In this document: piece by piece, positions 18,398 to 27,713 of the stretch
Numbering within the stretch: the stretch's first letter is position 1
Layout: every line of letters starts with the position of its first letter
Origin: Anaerolineae bacterium
GTDB taxonomy: Bacteria; Chloroflexota; Anaerolineae; UBA3071
Length of the DNA: 64,000 nt
Direction of reading: 5' to 3'
Assembly (NCBI GenBank): GCA_029907105.1
Contig: JARYMM010000002.1
Coordinates: 18,992 to 82,991, forward strand
Made by a program: the position numbers and the translations under genes
Notes under the pieces: model-generated
Database searches by the model: none
What the model saw: the letters and a program-made list of their open reading frames with translations, nothing else
What the model was told of the DNA's origin: nothing

Positions 18398-19441
18398 CTA
18401 CACCAGCCGATGCAGCCCCTTGAGCTGAAGCAACAGGGTGTCCACCGGCGTTTCGTCATAGGGGGAGGGCCCCAGAGGGTCCAGCACCTCTCCTTCTTCT
18501 GGCGTCAGCTCGCCCAGCAGCACGCGCAGGGTGTTGAGGATGGCGTAGGCCAGTGCTTGCAGATGGTAGCCGCCCTCCAGGGTGAAGGCCAGGCGGCCGC
18601 CACACAGCTCGTCGGCCATCGTCTTGAGGGCGTGAGCGAGATAGACATAACCACTGAGCGAGAGCTGCATTCCGGCCAATGGGTCCTGCCAGTGGGCATC
18701 GTAGCCGGCGGAGACCAGGATCAGTTGGGGCTGAAAACGCTCCGCCAGGGGCCACAGCAGTTCGTCGAAGATGCGGGCGTAGCCCTGATCGCCGACGCCG
18801 GGGCGCAGGGGCACGTTGCAGATGGTGCCCTGGCCTTCGCCGCCGCCGATTTCCCGCCAGTCGCCGCTGCCGGGATAGTAGGGGTATTGATGGGTGGAGA
18901 AGAAGAAGACCGCCGGATCGCGCCAGAAGGTGTCCTGCGTGCCGTTGCCGTGGTGCACGTCGAAGTCCACGATGAGCACCCGTTCCACGCCGCCCTCGGC
19001 CTGGGCGTAGCGGGCAGCGATGGCCACGTTGTTGAAGATGCAGAAACCCATGCCGCGGCCGGTGATGGCGTGATGGCCCGGCGGCCGCATCAGGTTGAAG
19101 CCATACGTCGCCTGGCCCTGCAGCACGGCCGCCACCAGGTTCACCAGGCCACCGGCCGACAGCAACGCCGCGTCGTAAGTGCGGGGGGCGACGTAGGTGT
19201 CCGGGTCGAGGTAGCCGCCGCCGCGTTCGGCCATGCGTTGCACCGTCTCCACGTAGGAGGGCGAGTGCACGCGTTGCAGGCGTTCCATGCTCACCGGGGT
19301 GGCCTCCACCAGGGCCATGCGGGCCAGCAGCCCCTGCTGGCGCAGCAGGTCCATCGTGCCTCGGAGCCGTTCGCGGTTTTCCGGATGGCCTGGGAGGGTG
19401 TGTTCCTGTTCCAGGGGATGATAGCAGTAGGCTACAGACAT
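18398..19441 (-). CDS. histone deacetylase-family protein (AcuC/acetylpolyamine amidohydrolase-like)
   Basis: Has HHGNGTQ and DFDVHHG motifs of the arginase/deacetylase fold. Confidence 0.8.
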   Translation of the reverse strand: MSVAYCYHPLEQEHTLPGHPENRERLRGTMDLLRQQGLLARMALVEATPVSMERLQRVHSPSYVETVQRMAERGGGYLDPDTYVAPRTYDAALLSAGGLVNLVAAVLQGQATYGFNLMRPPGHHAITGRGMGFCIFNNVAIAARYAQAEGGVERVLIVDFDVHHGNGTQDTFWRDPAVFFFSTHQYPYYPGSGDWREIGGGEGQGTICNVPLRPGVGDQGYARIFDELLWPLAERFQPQLILVSAGYDAHWQDPLAGMQLSLSGYVYLAHALKTMADELCGGRLAFTLEGGYHLQALAYAILNTLRVLLGELTPEEGEVLDPLGPSPYDETPVDTLLLQLKGLHRLV

Positions 19442-19489
19442 GGCGCACCTCGTTACGTAGGCAATGGTTTGACGTCAACATTATAGCAG

Positions 19490-19518
19490 ATGCAGTCGCT
19501 AATGTCAATGTAAAACAA
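19490..19518 (-). promoter_or_regulatory. extended -10 promoter (TGCTATAAT, -35 TTGTTT) for the deacetylase gene, divergent from the next promoter
   Basis: Plus-strand ATTATAGCA at 19490..19498. Confidence 0.4.
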
Positions 19519-19519
19519 C

Positions 19520-19548
19520 TTGACAGGAATCGCAGAAGGTGTTATACT
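19520..19548 (+). promoter_or_regulatory. sigma70 promoter TTGACA-17-TATACT for the LysM/PQPC gene; ~135-nt 5'UTR
   Basis: The -35 is at 19520..19525 and the -10 at 19543..19548. Confidence 0.55.
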
Positions 19549-19688
19549 CGTCATCGAGTTCCGGCCCCAGACGAGACCTTGGGCAGGCTTGTGCAGCAGG
19601 AACCTGGGCGCTCCCTTCGGCTCTCTCCCCGTTTCGTCATGTTGCTGCGCAAGGGCCCAGGCACAGAAGACAGGCAAAGGAGGATGCC

Positions 19689-20603
19689 ATGAGACGATTG
19701 CTTTTCCTCACCCTCATCGTGGTCTTGTTGCTGGCAATGCTGCCGGTCACAGCCGCGGCCGCCCCAATGGGATCTGGATGCACCCCCCTCTACCACCGGG
19801 TGCAGCGAGGGGAGACCCTTTCCAAGATCGCTGCTCGCTATGGTGTCAGCGTATGGGCCATCGCCAGTGCCAACGGCATCAAAAACATCAATGTCGTCTA
19901 TGTTGGCCAACTGCTGGTCATCCCCTGCGCTGCGACGCCTCCGCCTTCCTGCATCCACATCGTGCAGCGCGGGGAGTGGTTGAGCCAGATCGCCCGCCGC
20001 TACGGGGTCAGCGTGTGGGCCATCGCCAGCGCCAACGGCATCTGGAATCTCAACTACATCTATCCGGGGCAGCGGCTGGTCATCCCCGGCTGCAAGCCGA
20101 CTCCGCCGCCACCGCCGCCGAAACCGCCTGCCCCGCCTTCACCGCCGCCCTGCCCACAGCCGTGTCCACAGCCTTGCCCACAGCCATGTCCACAACCCTG
20201 CCCGCAGCCCTGTCCGCCGCAGTGCAGCATCACGCCGGTGGAGGGCTTCGGCCGCGTGTGGACCCAGAACGCCACCGTGCGCCAGAAGCTGGGCTGCCCC
20301 AAAGCAGCGGAGTACTCCGTGGACGGCGCTGAGCAACAATTCCAGCAGGGTATTGTCATCTGGCGGGGGGACATGGAGAAAGTCATTGTTCTCTACCATA
20401 GTGGGCGCTGGGGCACGGAAGACGATCCGTGGAAGGCTTGCCACTGCTACCATCCCCTGATCCCCAAGCTGGGCTGGCCGACCACGGGCCGTTGGGAGGG
20501 CAGGATTTCGGTGCAGGATTTCGAGGGCGGCACCATGCTCTGGACCCCCTGCGGTGGCATCTACGTGCTCTACAACGACGGTACGTGGAAGCATTACGAC
20601 TAA
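19689..20603 (+). CDS. secreted protein: signal peptide, two LysM domains, Pro-rich linker with a (PQPC)6 repeat, and a C-terminal domain of unknown function
   Basis: Starts MRRLLFLTLIVVLLLA.... Has two (VQRGETLSKIA) LysM modules and the linker PPPPPKPPAPPSPPP-CPQPCPQPCPQPCPQPCPQPCPPQC. AAAGGAGG lies before the ATG. Confidence 0.75.
   Translation: MRRLLFLTLIVVLLLAMLPVTAAAAPMGSGCTPLYHRVQRGETLSKIAARYGVSVWAIASANGIKNINVVYVGQLLVIPCAATPPPSCIHIVQRGEWLSQIARRYGVSVWAIASANGIWNLNYIYPGQRLVIPGCKPTPPPPPPKPPAPPSPPPCPQPCPQPCPQPCPQPCPQPCPPQCSITPVEGFGRVWTQNATVRQKLGCPKAAEYSVDGAEQQFQQGIVIWRGDMEKVIVLYHSGRWGTEDDPWKACHCYHPLIPKLGWPTTGRWEGRISVQDFEGGTMLWTPCGGIYVLYNDGTWKHYD
20148..20225 (+). repeat. 12-nt tandem repeat (CCNTGYCCRCAR)x6 encoding (PQPC/CPQP)6
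   Basis: Read directly from the sequence. Confidence 0.85.
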
Positions 20604-20702
20604 ACCGGTGATTGCCGTCCACTGCTAACGGAGGGGAGAGGACAGGCTCCGCGGGTGTGGCGCGTCCTTTACCGCGACTGCCTGCAAGAGAGGGCACCTT
20701 AC

Positions 20703-20848
20703 CTCGACAATGTTAGATTAGTCATTGCGAGCGGAGCACCGCACGGGTTTCGCGGTGCGGAGCGAAGCAATCCCCTTCGCAAAGCAAGAGATTGCTTCGT
20801 CGCAAACCCCGCTCCTCGCAATGACTGGCGAAATGTAACATTGTCGAG
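20703..20848. repeat. family F2 MITE-like element (inner TIR GTCATTGCGAGC 20721..20825) nested within an outer 13-bp inverted repeat CTCGACAATGTTA / TAACATTGTCGAG
   Basis: Same TIR as 17199..17328. Internal hairpins CCGCAC/GTGCGG and GAAGCAATC/GATTGCTTC. Confidence 0.75.
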
Positions 20849-20980
20849 TTACATCGCAGCCGTGGAGTTCCCGGCCGTCACCATGGTCGAGACAAGGCCG
20901 ACATACGAGATTGGCGAAGAAGCGGGTGAGGCTTCTCCAGATCAGGGGTCTCGAGGCTAAGTCTGTCGGGTTAAGAGGGC

Positions 20981-21029
20981 AAAGCCCCTTCGGGCTGCGA
21001 TGGTCAGCCCTGAAGGGGCTTTGTTCTTT
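20981..21029. terminator. bidirectional Rho-independent-type terminator between convergent genes
   Basis: Perfect 10-bp inverted repeat AAAGCCCCTT...AAGGGGCTTT followed by TTGTTCTTT. The 21049 gene stop lies 20 nt away on the minus strand. Confidence 0.55.
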
Positions 21030-21048
21030 CAGCGCGGGGCCTCCAGCT

Positions 21049-22527
21049 TTACATCGTCCGCAGCCGCATCCTGCCATCCGAACCAGGGACATACTCCATC
21101 GGCCCCTGCGGGATAAGATTATCCACCTCCAGGTAGCCGGCATCCATGTATTCCCATATGACCTGGAAAGGGGCTTTGCCGGACACCCACTTTTCCACGA
21201 TGGCGACACCATGCCCGGGCAGAACCGTGAAGACCACCGGGCGCGGGTCCTCGGGATGCTGCAACGCCTCCGAGCGGGCAAAGGCCTCTTTGATGCCCCG
21301 GGCCTGAGCATCTGTGCCGCAGGAAACCGGATAGTGATAGTAGGGCGGGTCCAGGGGCACGTACTCCACCCGGCGGGGATCGTAGGCAGCAAGGCCGCGG
21401 TGTCCGTGTAGCTTCGAGCGGGCCACCGGTACCCGAACCGGGGTATCCCATGCTGATCCCAGCTCAACGGTGGGCAGCGCGCTGTCCATATCCATCATCT
21501 CCACCGCCTCGACGGAAGGGGGGTCGTTGCGTTTCCCTTCCACATGGCGCACCAGCGCCCCCCGACCGTCGGGCCGCACCCCTACGATCACGGCCAGGTC
21601 ATCTTCGGTGATGTTCCCTTTATCCACAGGGCGGGCGCTTCCCGTCACCGTGGCGATGAGCGCGTTCAGCGTCGCATCCCAGGTGGCGAAGCAGCCCTCG
21701 CTGTATTGGCTGGCCACGGCATCCGAGACGACGGGTACTGATACCAAATCGGCAATGCGCACCATCTCGGTGAAGAAACGCCGCCGATCCAGTTGCTGGC
21801 CAGCGGCACACATGGCCGCAGGCGTGCTGATCTGTTGCCAAAGCGGGCGAGGGATGGGGTCTTCCACAACCTGGTGTTGATTGACCTCAATGGCGCTGAG
21901 CGTGGTGACCATGCGCAGCACGATGTCTTCGTAGAACGATTCCCGGTCCTCCGCCTCGCTGCGGGGATGGGCACCCACCAGGTCGAAATGATACACCGCC
22001 TGCGGATGGTCCTCCCCGACCAGAAGCAGGACACGGATGCTCTTGGTTTGAGCCTGTACCAGCCGTTCCAGAGCCAGAATGGGGCCGCCACGGTGGCCTT
22101 GCTCGAAGAGGACGCGGTAGGCCCGGGGAGCAAGGCCGGGGAAATCGTAGTCGGCCGGGTCAGGAGGTTCCTTCATCAACAGAGCCCGAAGGCGATCCAG
22201 CAATTGTTGAAACCTCAGGGGAGCCACTGGTACCAGCGTGTAGAGGGTGGGAGTGCGCTTGAGCTTGAAACGCCGACGAGCGGTGAAGAAGAGAGCCTCA
22301 TGCCAATCCAAAGGCTCACCAAAGAGGGCGGTGGTCAGAATGGCATCCGTGCGCTCATCGGGTGTTGACTGGACCTGATGGCCCAGACGGCGGAGGTGAC
22401 GCTTCAGACCATCCACTACTTCCTCAAGCAGGGGTGTCATGGGGCCGGGTATGAAGGCCACCTGCACCCTGCGCAGCCATGGATGGATAGGTTTGACGGC
22501 TGTGGATTTCCTGAGCGCAATACTCAT
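21049..22527 (-). CDS. hypothetical protein, 492 aa, apparently co-transcribed with the upstream Zn-dependent dehydrogenase
   Basis: Long ORF with a clean codon pattern. No recognisable motif. Confidence 0.55.
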   Translation of the reverse strand: MSIALRKSTAVKPIHPWLRRVQVAFIPGPMTPLLEEVVDGLKRHLRRLGHQVQSTPDERTDAILTTALFGEPLDWHEALFFTARRRFKLKRTPTLYTLVPVAPLRFQQLLDRLRALLMKEPPDPADYDFPGLAPRAYRVLFEQGHRGGPILALERLVQAQTKSIRVLLLVGEDHPQAVYHFDLVGAHPRSEAEDRESFYEDIVLRMVTTLSAIEVNQHQVVEDPIPRPLWQQISTPAAMCAAGQQLDRRRFFTEMVRIADLVSVPVVSDAVASQYSEGCFATWDATLNALIATVTGSARPVDKGNITEDDLAVIVGVRPDGRGALVRHVEGKRNDPPSVEAVEMMDMDSALPTVELGSAWDTPVRVPVARSKLHGHRGLAAYDPRRVEYVPLDPPYYHYPVSCGTDAQARGIKEAFARSEALQHPEDPRPVVFTVLPGHGVAIVEKWVSGKAPFQVIWEYMDAGYLEVDNLIPQGPMEYVPGSDGRMRLRTM

Positions 22528-22576
22528 GATGTGCTGCTCCCTCTATGGAGTAAACCTTCGTGTGGGCCTGCCTGCG

Positions 22577-23704
22577 TCAATCAAACACGAAGATGGACTT
22601 GATCGCCCGATGTCGGCCTTTGTTGGCTGTGACGGCCAGAGCTCTCTTGTAATCCTCCAACTGGAAACGATGGGTCACCATCGGGGAAAGATCAAGCTTG
22701 CCTTCGGCCATCCACTCCAGGGCCAGTTGTATAGTGCGCACCGCCCGGCCCTGGAACGTTTCCACCCCGCCCCAAACACTGCCCTTGACCGTCAGCTCAT
22801 TCAGCCAGATGGGGGTCCAGTCCACCTGCTGGAGGAGGCCGGCCATGCCCAGCAGCACCACGGTGCCGCCGCTGCGGGCCAGGCGCAGGCTATCGTCCAC
22901 GCTGTGCTTGGTGCCCACGCATTCGTAGACGATGTCGGCGCCGCCCACCAGGATCCTCTTGCCCAGCACCGGCTTATACAGCTTGCCGCCCGTGGCCTCG
23001 GCTACGGCCTGGAAATAATCCCCATCCCGTAGATAAATGATCTCGTCGGCGCCGAAGCGGCGGGCCATCTCGCCCTGGAAGGGATACTTGGCTACAACCA
23101 GCACTCGCGCCTTGCAGCCCAGGGCCCGCAGGGCGGCCACAACGCACAGGCCGGCGGTGCCGGCCCCTGACACCAAGACGGTGTCCTCATCTTTCGGCAG
23201 GTTGCGCATCACCGGATGCAGGGCCACGGAAAAGGGTTCGGCCATCAGCGCATTCTCATCGCTGACGTTTTGGGGCACTCGAACAAGCTGAGAGCGATGC
23301 GCCACAAAGTAGGGGCCCCAGCTTCCGCCCGTATCCCGACAGAAGCCGATGCTGAGGCCGGACACCACGCCTTTTTCGGCCAGGTTCTGACATAAAGAGA
23401 TCTCACCCCGCCGGCAGAAATCGCACGGCTCCTCGATGCCGCGCGCGACGCAGGGGAGCAGGGGGTCCGCCACCACCCGATCGCCGGGGGCGAAGCCTTC
23501 TGCCTCCTGCCCTGCCTCAACGATGGTCCCCACGTTCTCGTGGCCCAGGATGGTGGGCAGTGGAACGAGAACGGAGAGGGCCGGGTTCACCTTCAGCAGG
23601 ACGGCATTCATGTCGCTGCCGCAGATGCCACCATAACGGGTCTTGATCTTCACCCACTGGGGGCCGGGAAGGGCGGGCTCAGGCACTTCACTGTGGCGGA
23701 TCAT
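22577..23704 (-). CDS. zinc-dependent medium-chain alcohol/polyol dehydrogenase (sorbitol/threonine-dehydrogenase-like)
   Basis: Has the GICGSDMNAV structural-zinc motif and a GxGxxG Rossmann motif. Start taken at MIRHSE (ATG 23704). Confidence 0.8.
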   Translation of the reverse strand: MIRHSEVPEPALPGPQWVKIKTRYGGICGSDMNAVLLKVNPALSVLVPLPTILGHENVGTIVEAGQEAEGFAPGDRVVADPLLPCVARGIEEPCDFCRRGEISLCQNLAEKGVVSGLSIGFCRDTGGSWGPYFVAHRSQLVRVPQNVSDENALMAEPFSVALHPVMRNLPKDEDTVLVSGAGTAGLCVVAALRALGCKARVLVVAKYPFQGEMARRFGADEIIYLRDGDYFQAVAEATGGKLYKPVLGKRILVGGADIVYECVGTKHSVDDSLRLARSGGTVVLLGMAGLLQQVDWTPIWLNELTVKGSVWGGVETFQGRAVRTIQLALEWMAEGKLDLSPMVTHRFQLEDYKRALAVTANKGRHRAIKSIFVFD

Positions 23705-24123
23705 GGCCAGGGGACCCCAAAGAACCGGCGGATAGAGCGCTCCCACGGCTCTGGCCAGGAGGTAGCGGGGAATGTGTTGGGTCAACTCGATCAACTGGAT
23801 GGCTTTCACGGCAGCCTCGTATAATTGGAGCTCCTGCTGGACGGCCACGTCCAGCCCTTGCTTCTGAGAGTGTAATGAATTATACGCCTTCCCCTGGTTT
23901 CCTACAAGCTTCTACACCCCAGGCTTGTGCAGCGATCAGGCGCAAGCCTCAGCAAATGCCCACCCCGATTTGGCGCAGTGCTCCCATTCAAGCCCTTACT
24001 GCCCTTTCAGACCTCCCTGCTTCTTCAACCACACTTGAACATAGTGGTCCCTGCGTGCTCTGCGGTGAGATAAACCTGTCGGTTTGAGGCGAAGCTTCAC
24101 TGGGCAGTTACAGGCAAAGAAGA

Positions 24124-26769
24124 TCAGGGAGCAAGCTCGATGGCTTTCAAGATCACATATTCACCGCGCAGAAGCCCGAAGGGGCCGCGGCGGGCGGGGA
24201 TGCGCTGGCCGTCGCTGGCCCGTTCCAGGGCGACGACGAGCCGGTAGCGGCCAGGCGGCGCGTCAGCGGGGACAGTCAGCTCGTGGCGGTCGCCCACAGG
24301 GTAATCCGTCGCCCAGAGCGAGGTGGGATAACGGCCATCCACCGGCCGGCCCGCGGCGCGGGCCACGATGCGGTCGCCTGCGTCCAGCAGTTGCAGCACC
24401 ACCAGATAGTCGTCCACGTACGGCGAGGGACGGGGACGCCAACACAGCTTGACGGGGATGACATCGCCGGGCCGCAGCCGCGTGGCCGGGCTGTAAGCTT
24501 CGAGCAGTTCGATATAGTCGAAGCGGGCCAGCGGGCGCTCGCCAGGCCTCATGGACGGCTCCTCGGGCAGGGTGATCTCCACGCCGCCCAGTTGCAGGCG
24601 ATGGCCATCGGCCACGGAGAGGCCATCTTCGGAGACCGCAGGCAGCGGTTCAGCCATGGCCGGGTCATACAGCACCAGCTCGACGCTGTACCGGCCGGGA
24701 GGCGTATCCCCAGGCACAGGCAGGCGCACAGGCTGGCGTTCAACGCCCCCCGCTGGCCAGCGGGAGGTGGTATAGAGGCTGCCCAACGGGCGCTCGTCCG
24801 GCGGCTGGCTCCAGACGCGGCCCTGGGCATCCACCAGGCGCAGCGAGGTGGCGTAGTCGGCGGCCGGAGGCTGGCGTACCTGCCAAAAGAGGGCCGTGTA
24901 CAGCGTCTGCCCGGCGGCAAGGGTGCCGCAACAGGGCGGGACGTAGAGCGTGAACAGGTCGCCGAAGGCAGCGCGGCGGGCATCGGCCGGCGGCTCAACA
25001 GCACGCTGGCGGGGCAGCACCCCCTGCACCCGCATGTTGGCCTCGCCAGTGAAGACCCGATCCTCGAACAGCTCCCCATAGGCGTCCAACAGGCCCCGGA
25101 TCACCCCCTGCGGGTCGTTGACCGTGTCGTAGATGCGGTAGTGCCACAGGCGAGGATGGGTGGCCAGGAGCAGGGCGAGCTTCTCCTTCGCCAGGTCGCC
25201 GGGCAAGGCGTAAAAGTCGGACGCCGGATCGCCCCAGCCCAGGCGGGGGTCGCCGTCAATGTGCCCTGTCTGCACGATGACCGCGCCGTCGGCGGAAGCC
25301 GCTGCTGGGGTGTAGTCGCTCAGCCGCCCGCGCCAGGCGATGGGCAACTGCAAGTAGGTCAGCAGCGCCGTGTAGCTATAGCCGGCGTTGACCAGGATGA
25401 CGTCACCGGGCCGCCACTGTTCGCTCAGCAAGCGTGCGGCGGCGCGGTGGTCGTCGCTGGCGTAGCGCGGGTCGCCCCACAGGTTGTGCAGGGAGAAGCC
25501 GGAAGCGGCGAGGATGACGGCCAGCGCGCCGACGGCCAGCGGCCGCCTCCAGCGCCGCCAGCGGAGGAGAGCCACAATGCCTGCCGCCAGGACCAGGCTG
25601 AAGGGCGGTGCGTAGGCGAAGACGTAGCGGACGTGATATAGCGGCGTGAACAAAGAAGCCAGGAAGACAAGCAGCACCGGGACGAGAGTATGGATGGCCA
25701 GGGGAAAGGAAGGAAAGGAGGGAAAGGAAGGGACGATCTCTTGCATTCCCTCCATTTCCTTCTCTTCCTTCGTTTCCCTTCTTAGAAGCCCAAGTATGTA
25801 AAGGGCAGCCGTCATGACTAAGAGCGGCCACACGCGTTGCGGTTCCACGGATTGTCCGAAGCTGAGCGCACTCCAGGTTTCCGTCAGCATGTCCCACAGC
25901 CCGGTAAAGGTGCGCCAGGGCGGCACGGGCGGGTCGGTGGCCTGCCGCCAGGCGATGGGCAGCCAGGGTGCGTACAGGAGCAGAACGGCGGCCTGGGCGA
26001 GGAACCAGGCCCGAAGCCGGAACCTGGAACCTGAAACCTGGAACCCTCCGGGCCGAGCGCCTCGGCCGACGCCTCGGCGGAGGCCCTCAGGGCGAAGCCT
26101 GGAACACGCCACTACGATGACCCATAGATTAAGGGCGACGAGGAGGAAGGCGAAGTAGTAGAGAACGTAGAGGCCAGCGGCAGCAGCGAGGACGTAAAGG
26201 ATGAGTGCGCAGCGGTCAGGGGTCAAGGGATAGGGGTTAGGGGAGGTTCCCTTTGGCTCAGAACCTGAAACCATCTGGGGGCTCACGAAGTGGATGATGC
26301 ACCGAAGACAGATCAGCCCCAGCACCGCGCCGAGGGTGTACATGCGCACCTCTTGCGCGTACCAGACGTGGAAGGGGGAGATGGCCGTGAGCGCTGCCGC
26401 CAAAAGCGCCGTCGGCTCATCGTACAGGCGGCGGCCCAGGGTGTAGATGAGCGGGATCAGCATCATGCCGAAGACGAGGGAGAGGAGCGCAGCAGCGAAC
26501 TCCAGGCCGTGGCCGTCGGCGTCGGCATGGCCGGTGGGATAGCCGAAGAGAAGCAGCCAGCCGCGCAGCAGCAGATAGTAGCCGGGCGGATGGATGTCGC
26601 CGGCGGTGTGGGCGATGAGGGCGGGCACGGGCTTGCCCGCCAGGTGCACGCTGACCGTCTCGTCGTACCAGAGGCTCTGCGCGCCGAGCCGGTGCAGGCG
26701 CAGGCCAAAGGCGGCCAGCAGGATGAGCAGCAGGATCAGGCGAGAGCGAGCAGCGGCATGGCGAACCAT
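24124..26769 (-). CDS. GT39/GT83-family (ArnT/PMT-like) membrane glycosyltransferase with a large C-terminal extracytoplasmic domain
   Basis: N-terminus LILLLILLAAFGLRLHRLGAQSLWYDE...DIHPPGYYLLLRGW. Multiple transmembrane helices. 881 aa. Contains an in-frame F1 repeat insertion. Confidence 0.65.
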   Translation of the reverse strand: MVRHAAARSRLILLLILLAAFGLRLHRLGAQSLWYDETVSVHLAGKPVPALIAHTAGDIHPPGYYLLLRGWLLLFGYPTGHADADGHGLEFAAALLSLVFGMMLIPLIYTLGRRLYDEPTALLAAALTAISPFHVWYAQEVRMYTLGAVLGLICLRCIIHFVSPQMVSGSEPKGTSPNPYPLTPDRCALILYVLAAAAGLYVLYYFAFLLVALNLWVIVVACSRLRPEGLRRGVGRGARPGGFQVSGSRFRLRAWFLAQAAVLLLYAPWLPIAWRQATDPPVPPWRTFTGLWDMLTETWSALSFGQSVEPQRVWPLLVMTAALYILGLLRRETKEEKEMEGMQEIVPSFPSFPSFPLAIHTLVPVLLVFLASLFTPLYHVRYVFAYAPPFSLVLAAGIVALLRWRRWRRPLAVGALAVILAASGFSLHNLWGDPRYASDDHRAAARLLSEQWRPGDVILVNAGYSYTALLTYLQLPIAWRGRLSDYTPAAASADGAVIVQTGHIDGDPRLGWGDPASDFYALPGDLAKEKLALLLATHPRLWHYRIYDTVNDPQGVIRGLLDAYGELFEDRVFTGEANMRVQGVLPRQRAVEPPADARRAAFGDLFTLYVPPCCGTLAAGQTLYTALFWQVRQPPAADYATSLRLVDAQGRVWSQPPDERPLGSLYTTSRWPAGGVERQPVRLPVPGDTPPGRYSVELVLYDPAMAEPLPAVSEDGLSVADGHRLQLGGVEITLPEEPSMRPGERPLARFDYIELLEAYSPATRLRPGDVIPVKLCWRPRPSPYVDDYLVVLQLLDAGDRIVARAAGRPVDGRYPTSLWATDYPVGDRHELTVPADAPPGRYRLVVALERASDGQRIPARRGPFGLLRGEYVILKAIELAP
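26001..26107. repeat. family F1 element (half hairpin plus conserved 43-bp core) inserted in-frame in the GT39 gene
   Basis: Heptamers CGGAACC TGGAACC TGAAACC TGGAACC are followed by the core CGGGCCGAGCGCCTCGGCCGACGCCTCGGCGGAGGCCCTCAG. The core is identical at 42/43 positions to 53820..53862. It encodes ...LRPEGLRRGVGRGARPGGFQVSGSRFRLRAW... in the glycosyltransferase. Confidence 0.8.
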
Positions 26770-26855
26770 ACTTTCATCTTACCACAATCGGCCCGTTCTG
26801 GCAATCGAGTGCCCTCGGCCCTTGACGAGAACCGCCTTTGTGCATATCCTGCTTC

Positions 26856-26894
26856 GAAAATGTCACCCTGAGCGCAGCGAAGGGTGACATTTTC
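26856..26894. repeat. perfect 14-bp inverted repeat GAAAATGTCACCCT-(11)-AGGGTGACATTTTC, related to the interior of family F2
   Basis: The loop GAGCGCAGCGA matches CCTGAGCGCAGCGAA in the 17199 element. Confidence 0.6.
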
Positions 26895-26962
26895 AACTTC
26901 AGGGTGGCCCGTTGGGCCATGACGACTGCCTCCAAGTTGGCTGCACAAGTCTATACACAAAT

Positions 26963-26991
26963 TTGACAAAGCTTTGACATTGTGCTATAAT
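26963..26991 (+). promoter_or_regulatory. consensus sigma70 promoter TTGACA-17-TATAAT (TGc extended -10)
   Basis: The -35 is at 26963..26968 and the -10 at 26986..26991. It drives the 27090 gene via a ~90-nt leader. Confidence 0.6.
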
Positions 26992-27089
26992 GATGGCCGA
27001 GTTCAGGCGAGCGCCATGTGTTCTGGCCACAGCCCACAGGACGCCCAGGGCGCTCCAACCGCCGACCGCGCACTGTTCAGGAGGATGAC

Positions 27090-27713
27090 ATGAGAATACT
27101 ACGCCTCGCCGCTTTTCTGCTGCTGGCCACAGCAATGTTGGCCGGAGTCTCTCCCGCCTATGCCCATGTGCCCTACATCGAGCGGGAAGACTACACGGAG
27201 GAGGCTCCCGCCGTTGTGCGTAACGTCGAGCAGTCCAAGGCGTTCTATGCCTGGCTGCAATCGGCCGATGACGTGGACTATTATCGCCTGCAAGTACAGG
27301 GGCCGACCCGGATCTTCGCCCAGGTCATTGTCCCCGTCTGCCCCGGCTACGAGGAGTTCCGGCCCAGTTTCGCCGTGATCGGCCCGGGTCTGCCCGATCC
27401 CACCGAGGAGCTGCCGGTGCTGTTGCCCGAAGGCTATGGCGCTATCATCGTGCCCAACGGAACCCCCGGCCAGCCGCGGGAGAGCTTCTACGAGCCCTTT
27501 GGCGGCAAATCCTATTACGACGGCCCCCTGTTCGACCAGACGGTCGAGATGCCCGGCGATTGGCAACTGATCGCCTGGGACCCCTACGGCATGGGCGGTG
27601 ACTACGTCACTGTGGTGGGGGCCGGAGAGCAGTTCGCACCCGCTGACATCCTGCGCTCCATCCACAACACGCTGATCATCCGGCGGAACGGTGAATTACA
27701 CACCGACTGCTGA
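27090..27713 (+). CDS. secreted hypothetical protein (signal peptide)
   Basis: Starts MRILRLAAFLLLATAMLAGVSPAYA. GGAGGA ribosome-binding site. Confidence 0.55.
   Translation: MRILRLAAFLLLATAMLAGVSPAYAHVPYIEREDYTEEAPAVVRNVEQSKAFYAWLQSADDVDYYRLQVQGPTRIFAQVIVPVCPGYEEFRPSFAVIGPGLPDPTEELPVLLPEGYGAIIVPNGTPGQPRESFYEPFGGKSYYDGPLFDQTVEMPGDWQLIAWDPYGMGGDYVTVVGAGEQFAPADILRSIHNTLIIRRNGELHTDC

Noticed and set aside
20148-20225. Short tandem repeats (PQPC 12-mers, the heptamer arrays) considered as possible CRISPR arrays
   Set aside because: The units are 7-12 nt with no unique spacers. No cas genes are present. The repeats are coding or palindromic-arm sequences.
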